DNA of 11,926 nt, taken from UHGV virus genome UHGV-1578451; one strand, given 5' to 3'. Below are positions 1-5,940 of the stretch, one piece after another. The notes beneath the pieces are model-generated. The model made no database searches. It worked only from the letters and a program-made list of their open reading frames with translations, and had not been told where the DNA came from. The position numbers and the translations under genes are program-made. Source of the DNA: a virus. Each line of letters starts with the position of its first letter. Position 1 is the first letter of the stretch.

Positions 1-306
1 AATACTTCCTGGTGGGTGCCGCATTGTTGTGAAGTTCTTGTCGTGCCACGTTGAATGTGGCCACTGGCATTCAAACCGATTACTCAACCATTGCTCAAGG
101 GAAGGAAGCCCACCGGCACGCTGAATAACCCTCTCATTCTCGAAGACCTGACGCATTACCGGATCATTAGCCAGCGGCTGAATGGCTGCCGGAACAGCCC
201 CGGTACTGAATGACGCCATTTCTTCTGGTTCAGGCTCAAGCAGAACGCGACCACGCATGAAGAGGTGCATCAGTTCCGCACCTGGACGAAACAACACTAC
301 CCCCAT
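1..306 (-). CDS. hypothetical nin-region phage protein, first 102 codons only (gene runs off the left edge)
   Basis: Minus-strand frame is open from ATG 306-304 to position 1 with no stop (MGVVLFRPGAELMHLFMRGRVLLEPEPEEMASFSTGAVPAAIQPLANDPVMRQVFENERVIQRAGGLPSLEQWLSNRFECQWPHSTWHDKNFTTMRHPPGSI...). It sits directly downstream of ant in operon orientation. It is absent from the ORF table only because no stop falls inside the window. An in-frame TTG at 342-340 overlapping the ant stop is an alternative start. Family not recognised. Confidence 0.4.
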   Translation of the reverse strand, partial: MGVVLFRPGAELMHLFMRGRVLLEPEPEEMASFSTGAVPAAIQPLANDPVMRQVFENERVIQRAGGLPSLEQWLSNRFECQWPHSTWHDKNFTTMRHPPGSI

Positions 307-338
307 ACGAGGGGCTATTTCAGGTGTGAGTAATGCCC

Positions 339-1226
339 TCAATTGTCGCCACCAGCCAGTTCTTTATCGTGGGTGAAACTCCCGTTCCAGGTCACCTTCA
401 TCGGAAGCTTCCCTTTCAGATAGTTTTTGTAGATCCAGGTGGCCCCTTCCCGAAGCAGAACCGGCTGATAGGTGGTAAAGCTGACTGCTGAATTTGGAGA
501 GACTTTGCTGCTTTTCTCAGTGAGGTATTTATCACGCGCGTATGACCGGACACGCCATTGTGCGCTGCGTCCTTCCGGATTGTCGTCATATAACCAGTTC
601 ATCGAAACAAGCCAGGCGCTAATTTTTGAGGTATTAACGCCATTCAGACGTTTACAGAACTGTACTGGGGAAAGCCCATCAGTGAAGAGGCTCTCGAGAT
701 GCTCGATATATTCGGCTTGCTGGTGGGTAAGCGCCTCAGCTTGCTGCTTTGCCTCCATGGCATCCGCCCACGCACGCGCCAGGGTTATTGGATCAGACAT
801 ATTCGGCAGCATGACACCGTGGACCTCACGAAGATTGAAGTAATGATCTTCAAGCTGTTCAAAGAAGTCCCAGGCTAATTCGGTTTCAAGCATTTTTGCG
901 TGGCGGGAGGCGCCGCGCTCAGTCCAAAGATAAAGGCTGCGAGCCTTTGATGATATTTGCACACTGCTGAAAGAGTTGCGCAAATTTTCGACTTCATCAC
1001 CCTCAATTCGAAAGTAATGCTTACCCTCAACAAAACGTATTTTATTGCGGTTAAAGTTATTCGTGATGTTTTGCGCTGTTGTACCGTAGCCGCTTGCTAA
1101 AGATTCCGTAGTCACTACGCGCTGATTGCGATAAGTGATCACCGGCACCGATGAGTGATTAACGGAAATTACTGATGAAGTGCTATTTTTGGGCGTAGCA
1201 GTGCCCATAACATGATGATTGCTCAT
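339..1226 (-). CDS. ant: phage antirepressor (ORF6N-type N-terminal domain plus KilA-C/ANT-type C-terminal domain)
   Basis: ORF 339..1331 trimmed to the ATG at 1226, which is preceded by GGAGAG; the 35 codons upstream overlap rusA and look non-coding. N-terminal half carries an ORF6N-like signature (VITYRNQRVVTTESLA...NFNRNKIRFVEGKHYF...LYLWTERGA). C-terminal half (ITLARAWADAMEAKQQAEAL...KISAWLVSMNWLY) resembles the KilA-C/ANT domain. TGA stop at 339-341. Confidence 0.75.
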   Translation of the reverse strand: MSNHHVMGTATPKNSTSSVISVNHSSVPVITYRNQRVVTTESLASGYGTTAQNITNNFNRNKIRFVEGKHYFRIEGDEVENLRNSFSSVQISSKARSLYLWTERGASRHAKMLETELAWDFFEQLEDHYFNLREVHGVMLPNMSDPITLARAWADAMEAKQQAEALTHQQAEYIEHLESLFTDGLSPVQFCKRLNGVNTSKISAWLVSMNWLYDDNPEGRSAQWRVRSYARDKYLTEKSSKVSPNSAVSFTTYQPVLLREGATWIYKNYLKGKLPMKVTWNGSFTHDKELAGGDN

Positions 1227-1312
1227 ATTCTCTCCATACTCTGATTGTTGCGAAGGGCCTGCACGCCCTTTTCGCTTGCACTTTCCGACATTACTGCCAT
1301 AACGACCAATAT

Positions 1313-1711
1313 TCAACCCACAGCTGGACATATAACCACCTCTTTTTTATATGCCGTTATGGTTATCTCAACTTTTCCCTTCGGTACTATCGGTCCCCAT
1401 TCCACCAGCATTCGCTTAATCTGGCTGTCGTCTTCCCAGACACCCGCATGCGTCAGCGCGTCAAACAGGGCTTTGTTGTAATTATCGATATCCCGGCGGC
1501 GCGCATCCGGCGGGTACAGAGTGATTTCTACCGCTGCCAGTTCAGTCGATGGCTTCGGGAGACGTCGTAATTGCTCAATGATCGCCACGCAGGCAGCGCT
1601 CTGGTATTTACGACCATCAGCGCTAATGAGGTGACGACCGGCCAGCGGCCCCTTGTTAGGAGCGCGTCAGTAAGTGTTCACGCTGGGTGGAAATGGGAGT
1701 ATGAGCCTCAT
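1313..1711 (-). pseudogene. rusA: rusA-like Holliday-junction resolvase interrupted by an in-frame TGA at codon 15
   Basis: From ATG 1711-1709 (GGAGG 6 nt upstream) the frame reads MRLILPFPPSVNTY, then TGA at 1669-1667, then continues in the SAME frame as RAPNKGPLAGRHLISADGRKYQSAACVAIIEQL...PDARRRDIDNYNKALFDALTHAGVWEDDSQI...VEITITAYKK to the stop at 1313. Both sides of the TGA match the RusA family (E. coli RusA: ITLPWPPSNNRYYRHNRG...[31 protein letters not shown]), and the TGA sits where homologs have an aromatic residue (probably TGG Trp). The ORF table shows only the 91-aa GTG-1588 restart fragment (1313..1588). Confidence 0.65.
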
Positions 1712-1833
1712 TAAAAGCCTCCGTCATAATTCCTGAAACATACCTCAACTTTCCCGCTATAGTGACGAACACGTTGAACAACATCCGAAATAGGCGCTAT
1801 ACCGGCAGGGCGATAAAAGACTGTTTCACGCAT
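1711..1833 (-). CDS. small hypothetical protein (40 aa), translationally coupled between the methyltransferase gene and rusA
   Basis: ATG 1833-1831 overlaps the upstream stop (ATGCGTGA) and is preceded by AGGGGG at a 7-nt spacing. Encodes MRETVFYRPAGIAPISDVVQRVRHYSGKVEVCFRNYDGGF. Its TAA stop (1713-1711) shares one base with the rusA ATG (TAATG). Below the size cut-off of the ORF table; no homolog recognised. Confidence 0.3.
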   Translation of the reverse strand: MRETVFYRPAGIAPISDVVQRVRHYSGKVEVCFRNYDGGF

Positions 1834-3187
1834 GAGTTACCCCCTGCATGCTGTCGACAAGACCTTGCGCAATTGTGATAATTTCGCTGGTGGCCGTTCG
1901 TTCCAGCCAGAGTTGATTGATGTTGGCTTTCAGCTTGTTCTGCTGTGATTCATCCAGCATGTCAGCGCCGTCTACCTGGTCGAATACAATTCCAACCTCC
2001 AGCGGCCAGATACGGGACTCGGGAAGCGGATCCGCTACTGGTTTAGCTTTCTCACGGATGTGCATGCGGATCTGGCGAATATTGGACCAACTGGAAACAT
2101 CCAGGCTTCCCATAGCTGCAATGAAATCAGTACTGTTCATGCCATATTCACCAGATGCTTCAAGGGCAACAGTCCGAATACGTTCCGACATATCCAAGCG
2201 CGCAGCAGCGTCATCGAATTCAATCGACAACAGCCACTCATCCACACCGAACAAAATACTCTCACGAATAAGCAGCTTCGCTTTGTCGATCGTTAATGGT
2301 GATACCTGAGTGAATTCCGGTGCTTCGACAGAATCCGCCGCCCAGGTATGCCCAAACTTCGATTCACTGAATGTGTATTCTTCTTTATCGCCGAACGCAG
2401 CTCTAACGCATGCCCACGCCTCGACACCGCTGATATCAAAAATATCTTTCTGGGTAAGTGGCAACTCTGCTTCTGGCTTGTCAGCTACAGATGGTGTGAC
2501 AGTTGCAGGTTGAGACTTGCTGACAGCAAATTGCGCCAAAGTCATAAACGCCTGCCCTTTTGCCTCCAGTTCTGTACGGTTGATATAGCTGAACCGCTCA
2601 CCACGCCATGACTTATCAAATACAGCTATGGCACCGGCAAAAAACGCGCTGGTGGGCTTCTGTTTTTCGTCAGCCGGTATAAACCACACAGGCAGATCGA
2701 ACCCAATGCGCCCGCGAATGAATACAATGTGATCGGCATCTTCCGGCCACCACGTTTCACTCGGCGCGGCTTTTATCAGGAATACATAGCGACCGCCCTT
2801 CTCGCGCTGGTCTGCTGCGTACTTCATGATGTGCGTCATACCAGTGATCGCCTGTTTCTCGTGATACTGCGAACGGCTATACGGTGGGTTGCCATAACCA
2901 GCGCCACCCAGTTCTGTAAGACGTTCAGACCAGTCCTGCGTCAGCGCGTTATCTTCGGCGGTGTACCATGCCGGGCATTTCGCGTTGTCGTCGTCAGCAA
3001 ACAAGTCCAGAACTAATGGACCAAATAGCGCGTTGATCCCCCAAAAAAGCAGATCCGGTGTCCGCCACTGATCGCCAACTTCTTTCAATTCGTGAGCTGG
3101 TTTGCTACGCAGTGCCGCCAGCGCCTGGCAATATTTATTGGTATCATGAACGAAACCCCGAATTTTCTGGCAGTGAGTAATCAACAC
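1826..3187 (-). CDS. phage Dam-family N6-adenine DNA methyltransferase fused to an uncharacterised ~300-aa C-terminal domain
   Basis: Continuous minus-strand ORF with TGA stop at 1826-1828. Residues ~97-250 of the maximal ORF carry the phage Dam-family signature: DQWRTPDLLF, LDLFADDDNAKCPAWY, GNPPYS (NPPY catalytic motif), FLIKAAPSETWW, FIRGRIGF. The following ~300 residues (FDKSWRGERFSY...AQGLVDSMQGVTHA) match nothing I recognise. The maximal ORF starts at ATG 3361, but its first 58 codons overlap the 3' end of the O-like gene in another frame and look non-coding. I place the start at GTG 3187 (44-nt overlap with O); TTG 3088 is also possible. No candidate has a good Shine-Dalgarno sequence. 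Confidence 0.75.
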   Translation of the reverse strand: MLITHCQKIRGFVHDTNKYCQALAALRSKPAHELKEVGDQWRTPDLLFWGINALFGPLVLDLFADDDNAKCPAWYTAEDNALTQDWSERLTELGGAGYGNPPYSRSQYHEKQAITGMTHIMKYAADQREKGGRYVFLIKAAPSETWWPEDADHIVFIRGRIGFDLPVWFIPADEKQKPTSAFFAGAIAVFDKSWRGERFSYINRTELEAKGQAFMTLAQFAVSKSQPATVTPSVADKPEAELPLTQKDIFDISGVEAWACVRAAFGDKEEYTFSESKFGHTWAADSVEAPEFTQVSPLTIDKAKLLIRESILFGVDEWLLSIEFDDAAARLDMSERIRTVALEASGEYGMNSTDFIAAMGSLDVSSWSNIRQIRMHIREKAKPVADPLPESRIWPLEVGIVFDQVDGADMLDESQQNKLKANINQLWLERTATSEIITIAQGLVDSMQGVTHA

Positions 3188-4010
3188 TCTGGAAGTTTGC
3201 GCGGCTGGCTGAGTTAGTCTCCCATTTGCCGTTAACGCGTTCAGGCCGGCCAGCACTGGACCATTTGGTCGCGCTTTGCAGGTAACCAGGGAAGTTTTTT
3301 GGAATGAACAGAGTTGCCGGGCGGAGGTATTGCGCCTGCTCGCTATCACGCCAATCGGCATTTTTGTAATCCACTACCAGGCACAGGTCATCAACCGTGA
3401 ATTGTTCCCGAAGACGGGCGCGAATATTCTCCAGCGACGTACTGCATACCTGGTAGCGTGAGCCAGTTGTCTGGTTCAGGTAAGACAAGACCTGTCTGGC
3501 CTGATCAGTAATCACAACCTCAGGGTCTGGTTGCGCAGCAACCGGACAAGAGGGTTTTGAAGTTACTTGTGGATCTTGTTTTGATTTTACTGACGGATCC
3601 CCGCCAGATTCTGACGGGTCAAAACCACCGTTTTTGCCAGATTTCGACGGGTCAGTTTTTGAGGCGTCAAATTTTGATGCGTCAGATTTTGATGTGTCAG
3701 AATCTGACAGTTGAGAAAATGCGGCAGTCTGAAGTTTCGCCACATTCAGGCGATACACGTTCGAAGCATTACGGTTACCATTACGGCGCTGTGTACGCGT
3801 GAGCCAGCCATCTTTTTCAAGCTTTGCGATTGCCGTTCTGATAGTGCTCGGGCCCGCGCCAAGCTGGCGAGCAATAGTTTCAATTGACGGCCAGCACACA
3901 CCTTCATCGCTGCTGAAGTCAGCAAGGCGAGCCATGATCGCAACACTGGACAACTTCATGCCCGACGCTGCGCAACCATCCCATACGTAGCCGGTTAATT
4001 TAGTGCTCAT
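3144..4010 (-). CDS. replication initiation protein, O-like (N-terminal winged-helix DNA-binding domain, repeat linker, C-terminal phage replisome-organiser domain)
   Basis: ATG at 4010, TGA at 3144-3146, 288 aa. N-terminus (SSVAIMARLADFSSDEGVCWPSIETIARQLGAGPSTIRTAIAKLEKDGWLTR) is a winged-helix/HTH of the type seen in phage replication initiators. C-terminus (VITDQARQVLSYLNQTTGSRYQVCSTSLENIRARLREQFTVDDLCLVVDYKNADWRDSEQAQYLRPATLF) resembles the conserved phage replication-protein C-terminal domain. A low-complexity linker between them is encoded by the iteron-like repeats. Position after cro/cII matches lambdoid gene order. Confidence 0.8.
   Translation of the reverse strand: MSTKLTGYVWDGCAASGMKLSSVAIMARLADFSSDEGVCWPSIETIARQLGAGPSTIRTAIAKLEKDGWLTRTQRRNGNRNASNVYRLNVAKLQTAAFSQLSDSDTSKSDASKFDASKTDPSKSGKNGGFDPSESGGDPSVKSKQDPQVTSKPSCPVAAQPDPEVVITDQARQVLSYLNQTTGSRYQVCSTSLENIRARLREQFTVDDLCLVVDYKNADWRDSEQAQYLRPATLFIPKNFPGYLQSATKWSSAGRPERVNGKWETNSASRANFQSVDYSLPENSGFRS
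3585..3713. repeat. iteron-like array of ~15-bp direct repeats inside the O-like gene (putative phage replication origin)
   Basis: Plus-strand units: AGATTCTGACGGGTC (3606-3620), AGATTTCGACGGGTC (3639-3653), AGTTTTTGAGGCGTC (3654-3668), AAATTTTGATGCGTC (3669-3683), AGATTTTGATGTGTC (3684-3698), AGAATCTGACAGTTG (3699-3713), plus a degenerate copy at 3585-3599. An AT-richer stretch (3556-3590) follows in the direction of transcription. Lambda places its ori iterons in the same position, inside the O linker. Confidence 0.55.
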
Positions 4011-4019
4011 GATCGTCCG

Positions 4020-4346
4020 TTATCTCCCTGAACTTTTGCCTGAAATGCTCAAGTGGGCTGAAGCATTCGTGTGGATAGCCATCTCGCAGGTAGATAACGC
4101 GCTGTGTTTCTGGCTCCCAGCGGATAACACGGACTGGCACTCCGCGGTGATCTTTGAACCTTCGGTTAAGTTCGCGCACAGGCGTTTTGCCCTCCGGTTG
4201 TAGACCCCCACAATTGAAACCGCCCTACTGTGGTTACACGGAACCCAGCGGTTTGATAATCTGCGTTCATACCGAAACAACGGAGTACCCGAAACCGGGA
4301 TCATCCTGAGTTGCGGTAGACGGTTAAAAGCCGTTAAACTGTTCAT
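4020..4346 (-). CDS. doubtful small basic protein (108 aa) filling the gap between the CII-like and O-like genes
   Basis: ATG 4346-4344 lies 5 nt after the CII-like stop and the TAA at 4022-4020 lies 9 nt before the O-like ATG, so the ORF fits the operon exactly (MNSLTAFNRLPQLRMIPVSGTPLFRYERRLSNRWVPCNHSRAVSIVGV...). However 7 of 15 Arg codons are rare (AGG/AGA/CGG) and the composition is Ser/Arg-rich, as expected for a non-coding frame. Kept at low confidence. Confidence 0.2.
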   Translation of the reverse strand: MNSLTAFNRLPQLRMIPVSGTPLFRYERRLSNRWVPCNHSRAVSIVGVYNRRAKRLCANLTEGSKITAECQSVLSAGSQKHSALSTCEMAIHTNASAHLSISGKSSGR

Positions 4347-4351
4347 GCGGA

Positions 4352-4918
4352 TTATTTCTCCATACTCGAAGAGTTGTTCGCCAAGGCGCCCGGAGCTGCA
4401 CACTCGCGGGCGTCACTCTTTTCTGGCGCGCAGAAAACACGGAATAGCAGCGTCAAATGCTCCTGCCACTTAGCCATTACCTGATAACTGTTCTCTTCAA
4501 TCTGCTCACGTTCTGCCGGATCAATAACCCCGTCAGCGGTTGCCTTACGCAGGTACTGCGAGTGTTTACCAATCCATTCGATTGACTCCATCAGGCGCTG
4601 ATTGATATCGCCGTTATCAAGATCATCAACTTCCACCAGCGGAACGAAGACGCCTCCACTACGGCGGGCTATCGCATCGGTGACATACTTAGTACCGCTT
4701 GCATCCTGAAGCACCATCGCCCACTCAAGCGGGAAAATTTGATCACCTTCGTTACGCAGTCTGTTGTAGAGCGCATCCGTTGAGAGTTTTCCAGCGCGAT
4801 ACAGGCCAAGCCATTCAGCGGCTTCGGCATAACCGCCCGGCATTTCGGCAATCGTTCTTTTGATTGCCGCCACCAGCCAAGCCGATTGACGCTCTACCTT
4901 CCAGTGTTGTTTATCCAC
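4352..4918 (-). CDS. CII-like early regulatory protein (YdaT / phage CII CP76-like family)
   Basis: Immediately downstream of the cro-like gene on the same strand; TAA stop at 4352-4354. The region VAAIKRTIAEMPGGYAEAAEWLGLYRAGKLSTDALYNRLRNEG is reminiscent of YdaT-type proteins that follow YdaS-type Cro in Rac-like prophages. Start placed at GTG 4918, which is preceded by AAGGGG at a 6-nt spacing; the maximal ORF starts at TTG 4954, 8 nt after the cro stop and without a Shine-Dalgarno sequence. Confidence 0.65.
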   Translation of the reverse strand: MDKQHWKVERQSAWLVAAIKRTIAEMPGGYAEAAEWLGLYRAGKLSTDALYNRLRNEGDQIFPLEWAMVLQDASGTKYVTDAIARRSGGVFVPLVEVDDLDNGDINQRLMESIEWIGKHSQYLRKATADGVIDPAEREQIEENSYQVMAKWQEHLTLLFRVFCAPEKSDARECAAPGALANNSSSMEK

Positions 4919-4962
4919 GGTTAACCCCTTGATTCTGTGGTTACTTAAAATCAATTTGCGGT

Positions 4963-5157
4963 CTATTTTTTTTCATAAAGCTCAGGGTGAAAAACTAAGC
5001 CACCGCCAGTGCGATATGCCGCTTCAGCAGCCCGACCTTTCGGAATGAGGCGCCCAGGCCTATTGCGCCATTGGTAAACGGCTTCACTGGTAATGCCGAA
5101 AAATTCGGCAACTCTTTCGGCATTGCCAAAGTAATTTTCAATATCGTCAGTTGTCAT
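4963..5157 (-). CDS. cro: Cro-like HTH repressor (YdaS family), first gene of the early-right operon
   Basis: 64 aa, ATG 5157-5155 preceded by AGGAGG. Sequence NAERVAEFFGITSEAVYQWRNRPGRLIPKGRAAEAAYRTGGGLVFHPELY matches the YdaS-type Cro pattern (HTH followed by G-G..HPEL). Transcribed divergently from the CI-like repressor across an 86-bp operator region. Confidence 0.8.
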   Translation of the reverse strand: MTTDDIENYFGNAERVAEFFGITSEAVYQWRNRPGRLIPKGRAAEAAYRTGGGLVFHPELYEKK

Positions 5158-5243
5158 GATACCTCCTTAGCTAAGTTTGATTAGATATTAATTATCAATC
5201 TATCTTTGGTCAATAAAAACTAAGATTACTTAGTCCTTTATTT
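5158..5243. promoter_or_regulatory. immunity switch region between cro and cI: PR on the minus strand (TTGACC-17-TAATAT) with operator-like inverted repeats; PRM not resolved
   Basis: On the minus strand, -35 TTGACC (plus coordinates 5208-5213) and -10 TAATAT (5185-5190) are separated by 17 bp, about 28 nt upstream of the cro ATG. Operator-like elements: CTAAGTTTGATTAGAT (5171-5186), CTAAGATTACTTAG (5220-5233, 5-bp inverted arms), the palindrome CTTAGCTAAG (5166-5175), and TAGAT-N11-ATCTA (5182-5202) inside the PR spacer. Confidence 0.6.
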
Positions 5244-5885
5244 GTGAATGGTGCTTCAATGGAAACGGTTGGGCAGCGTATTAAGTCCCTCAGACTGATA
5301 ACTCGAACATCACAGAAAGAGCTTGGGAAGTTCTGCGGAGTGAGTGATGTTGCGGTTGGGTATTGGGAAAAAGATATAAATTTACCGGGTGGGGAATCAC
5401 TGGCGAAACTTGCAAAATTCTTCAATACATCAATTGATTACATCCTATATGGCACCGAATTTGAGGGTAACCTCATTACAAAAATGCGCAGGGTCCCTGT
5501 AATTTCATGGGTTCAAGCTGGTCAATTTACAGAATGTAAGGCTGCTGAAGTTTTCAATGAAGTGGATAAGTGGGTAGAAACGTCCTTAAGGGTTGGCGAT
5601 AGCTCATTCGCGCTGGAAGTTAAAGGGGACTCGATGACAAATCCTAACGGACTTCCCACTATTCCTGAAGGCGCAACCGTGATTGTAGATCCAGATGCAG
5701 AGCCATTTCATGGCAAAATTGTCGTGGCCAGAATAGATGGAACCAACGAAGCGACAGTAAAGAAACTCGTTATTGATGGCCCACAAAAATTTTTAGTCCC
5801 TCTAAATCCACGCTATCCCAACATCCCGATAAATGGTAACTGCCTGATCATCGGCGTCGTCAAAGGCGTTCAATACGAACTTTAA
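5244..5885 (+). CDS. cI: CI-type prophage repressor (N-terminal XRE-type HTH plus C-terminal S24 LexA-like autopeptidase domain)
   Basis: N-terminus QRIKSLRLITRTSQKELGKFCGVSDVAVGYWEKDINLPGGESLAKLAKFF is a classic HTH. C-terminus carries the S24 serine motif GDSM and the downstream Lys pair (VARIDGTNEATVKKL), and a candidate Ala-Gly cleavage site lies in VQAGQF. Divergent from cro. Start is either GTG 5244 or ATG 5259 (METVGQ...). Confidence 0.9.
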   Translation: MNGASMETVGQRIKSLRLITRTSQKELGKFCGVSDVAVGYWEKDINLPGGESLAKLAKFFNTSIDYILYGTEFEGNLITKMRRVPVISWVQAGQFTECKAAEVFNEVDKWVETSLRVGDSSFALEVKGDSMTNPNGLPTIPEGATVIVDPDAEPFHGKIVVARIDGTNEATVKKLVIDGPQKFLVPLNPRYPNIPINGNCLIIGVVKGVQYEL

Positions 5886-5907
5886 AACATAGCTAATCCC
5901 ACCTAAG

Positions 5908-5940
5908 CACCAAGCTAATTAAAGTTTGGTGTTTTTTCTT
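5908..5940 (+). terminator. rho-independent terminator downstream of cI
   Basis: Stem CACCAA (5908-5913) pairs with TTGGTG (5926-5931) around a 12-nt loop, followed by TTTTTT (5932-5937), 23 nt after the cI stop. Confidence 0.6.

Noticed and set aside
182-843. Plus-strand ORFs 182..376 and 472..843
   Set aside because: Antisense to the antirepressor and the downstream nin gene, with low-complexity Ser/Arg/Cys-rich translations and no ribosome-binding sites.
1253-1277. Plus-strand hairpin AAGGGC-CTGCAC-GCCCTT followed by TTCGCTT, as a terminator between rusA and ant
   Set aside because: It lies on the non-transcribed strand of the early-right operon; on the coding strand the same hairpin is not followed by a U-run. 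Possibly an antisense or bidirectional terminator, but unsupported.
1227-1331. Upstream ATG at 1331 as the antirepressor start
   Set aside because: It would add 35 codons overlapping the rusA 3' end with non-protein-like composition; the ATG at 1226 has a GGAGAG ribosome-binding site.
1917-3016. Plus-strand ORFs 1917..2309, 2060..2296, 2310..2513, 2348..2611 and 2729..3016
   Set aside because: All are antisense shadows inside the 511-aa methyltransferase-fusion ORF, which carries the recognisable Dam motifs.
3585-3713. CRISPR-like array of short direct repeats
   Set aside because: The repeats are 15 bp, contiguous or near-contiguous without unique spacers, lie inside a coding frame, and match the iteron/ori architecture of lambdoid initiator genes.
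4003-4203. Plus-strand 66-aa ORF antisense to the early-right operon, as a called gene
   Set aside because: No Shine-Dalgarno sequence and it runs opposite to the surrounding operon. Retained only as an alternative in the cII-O gap finding.
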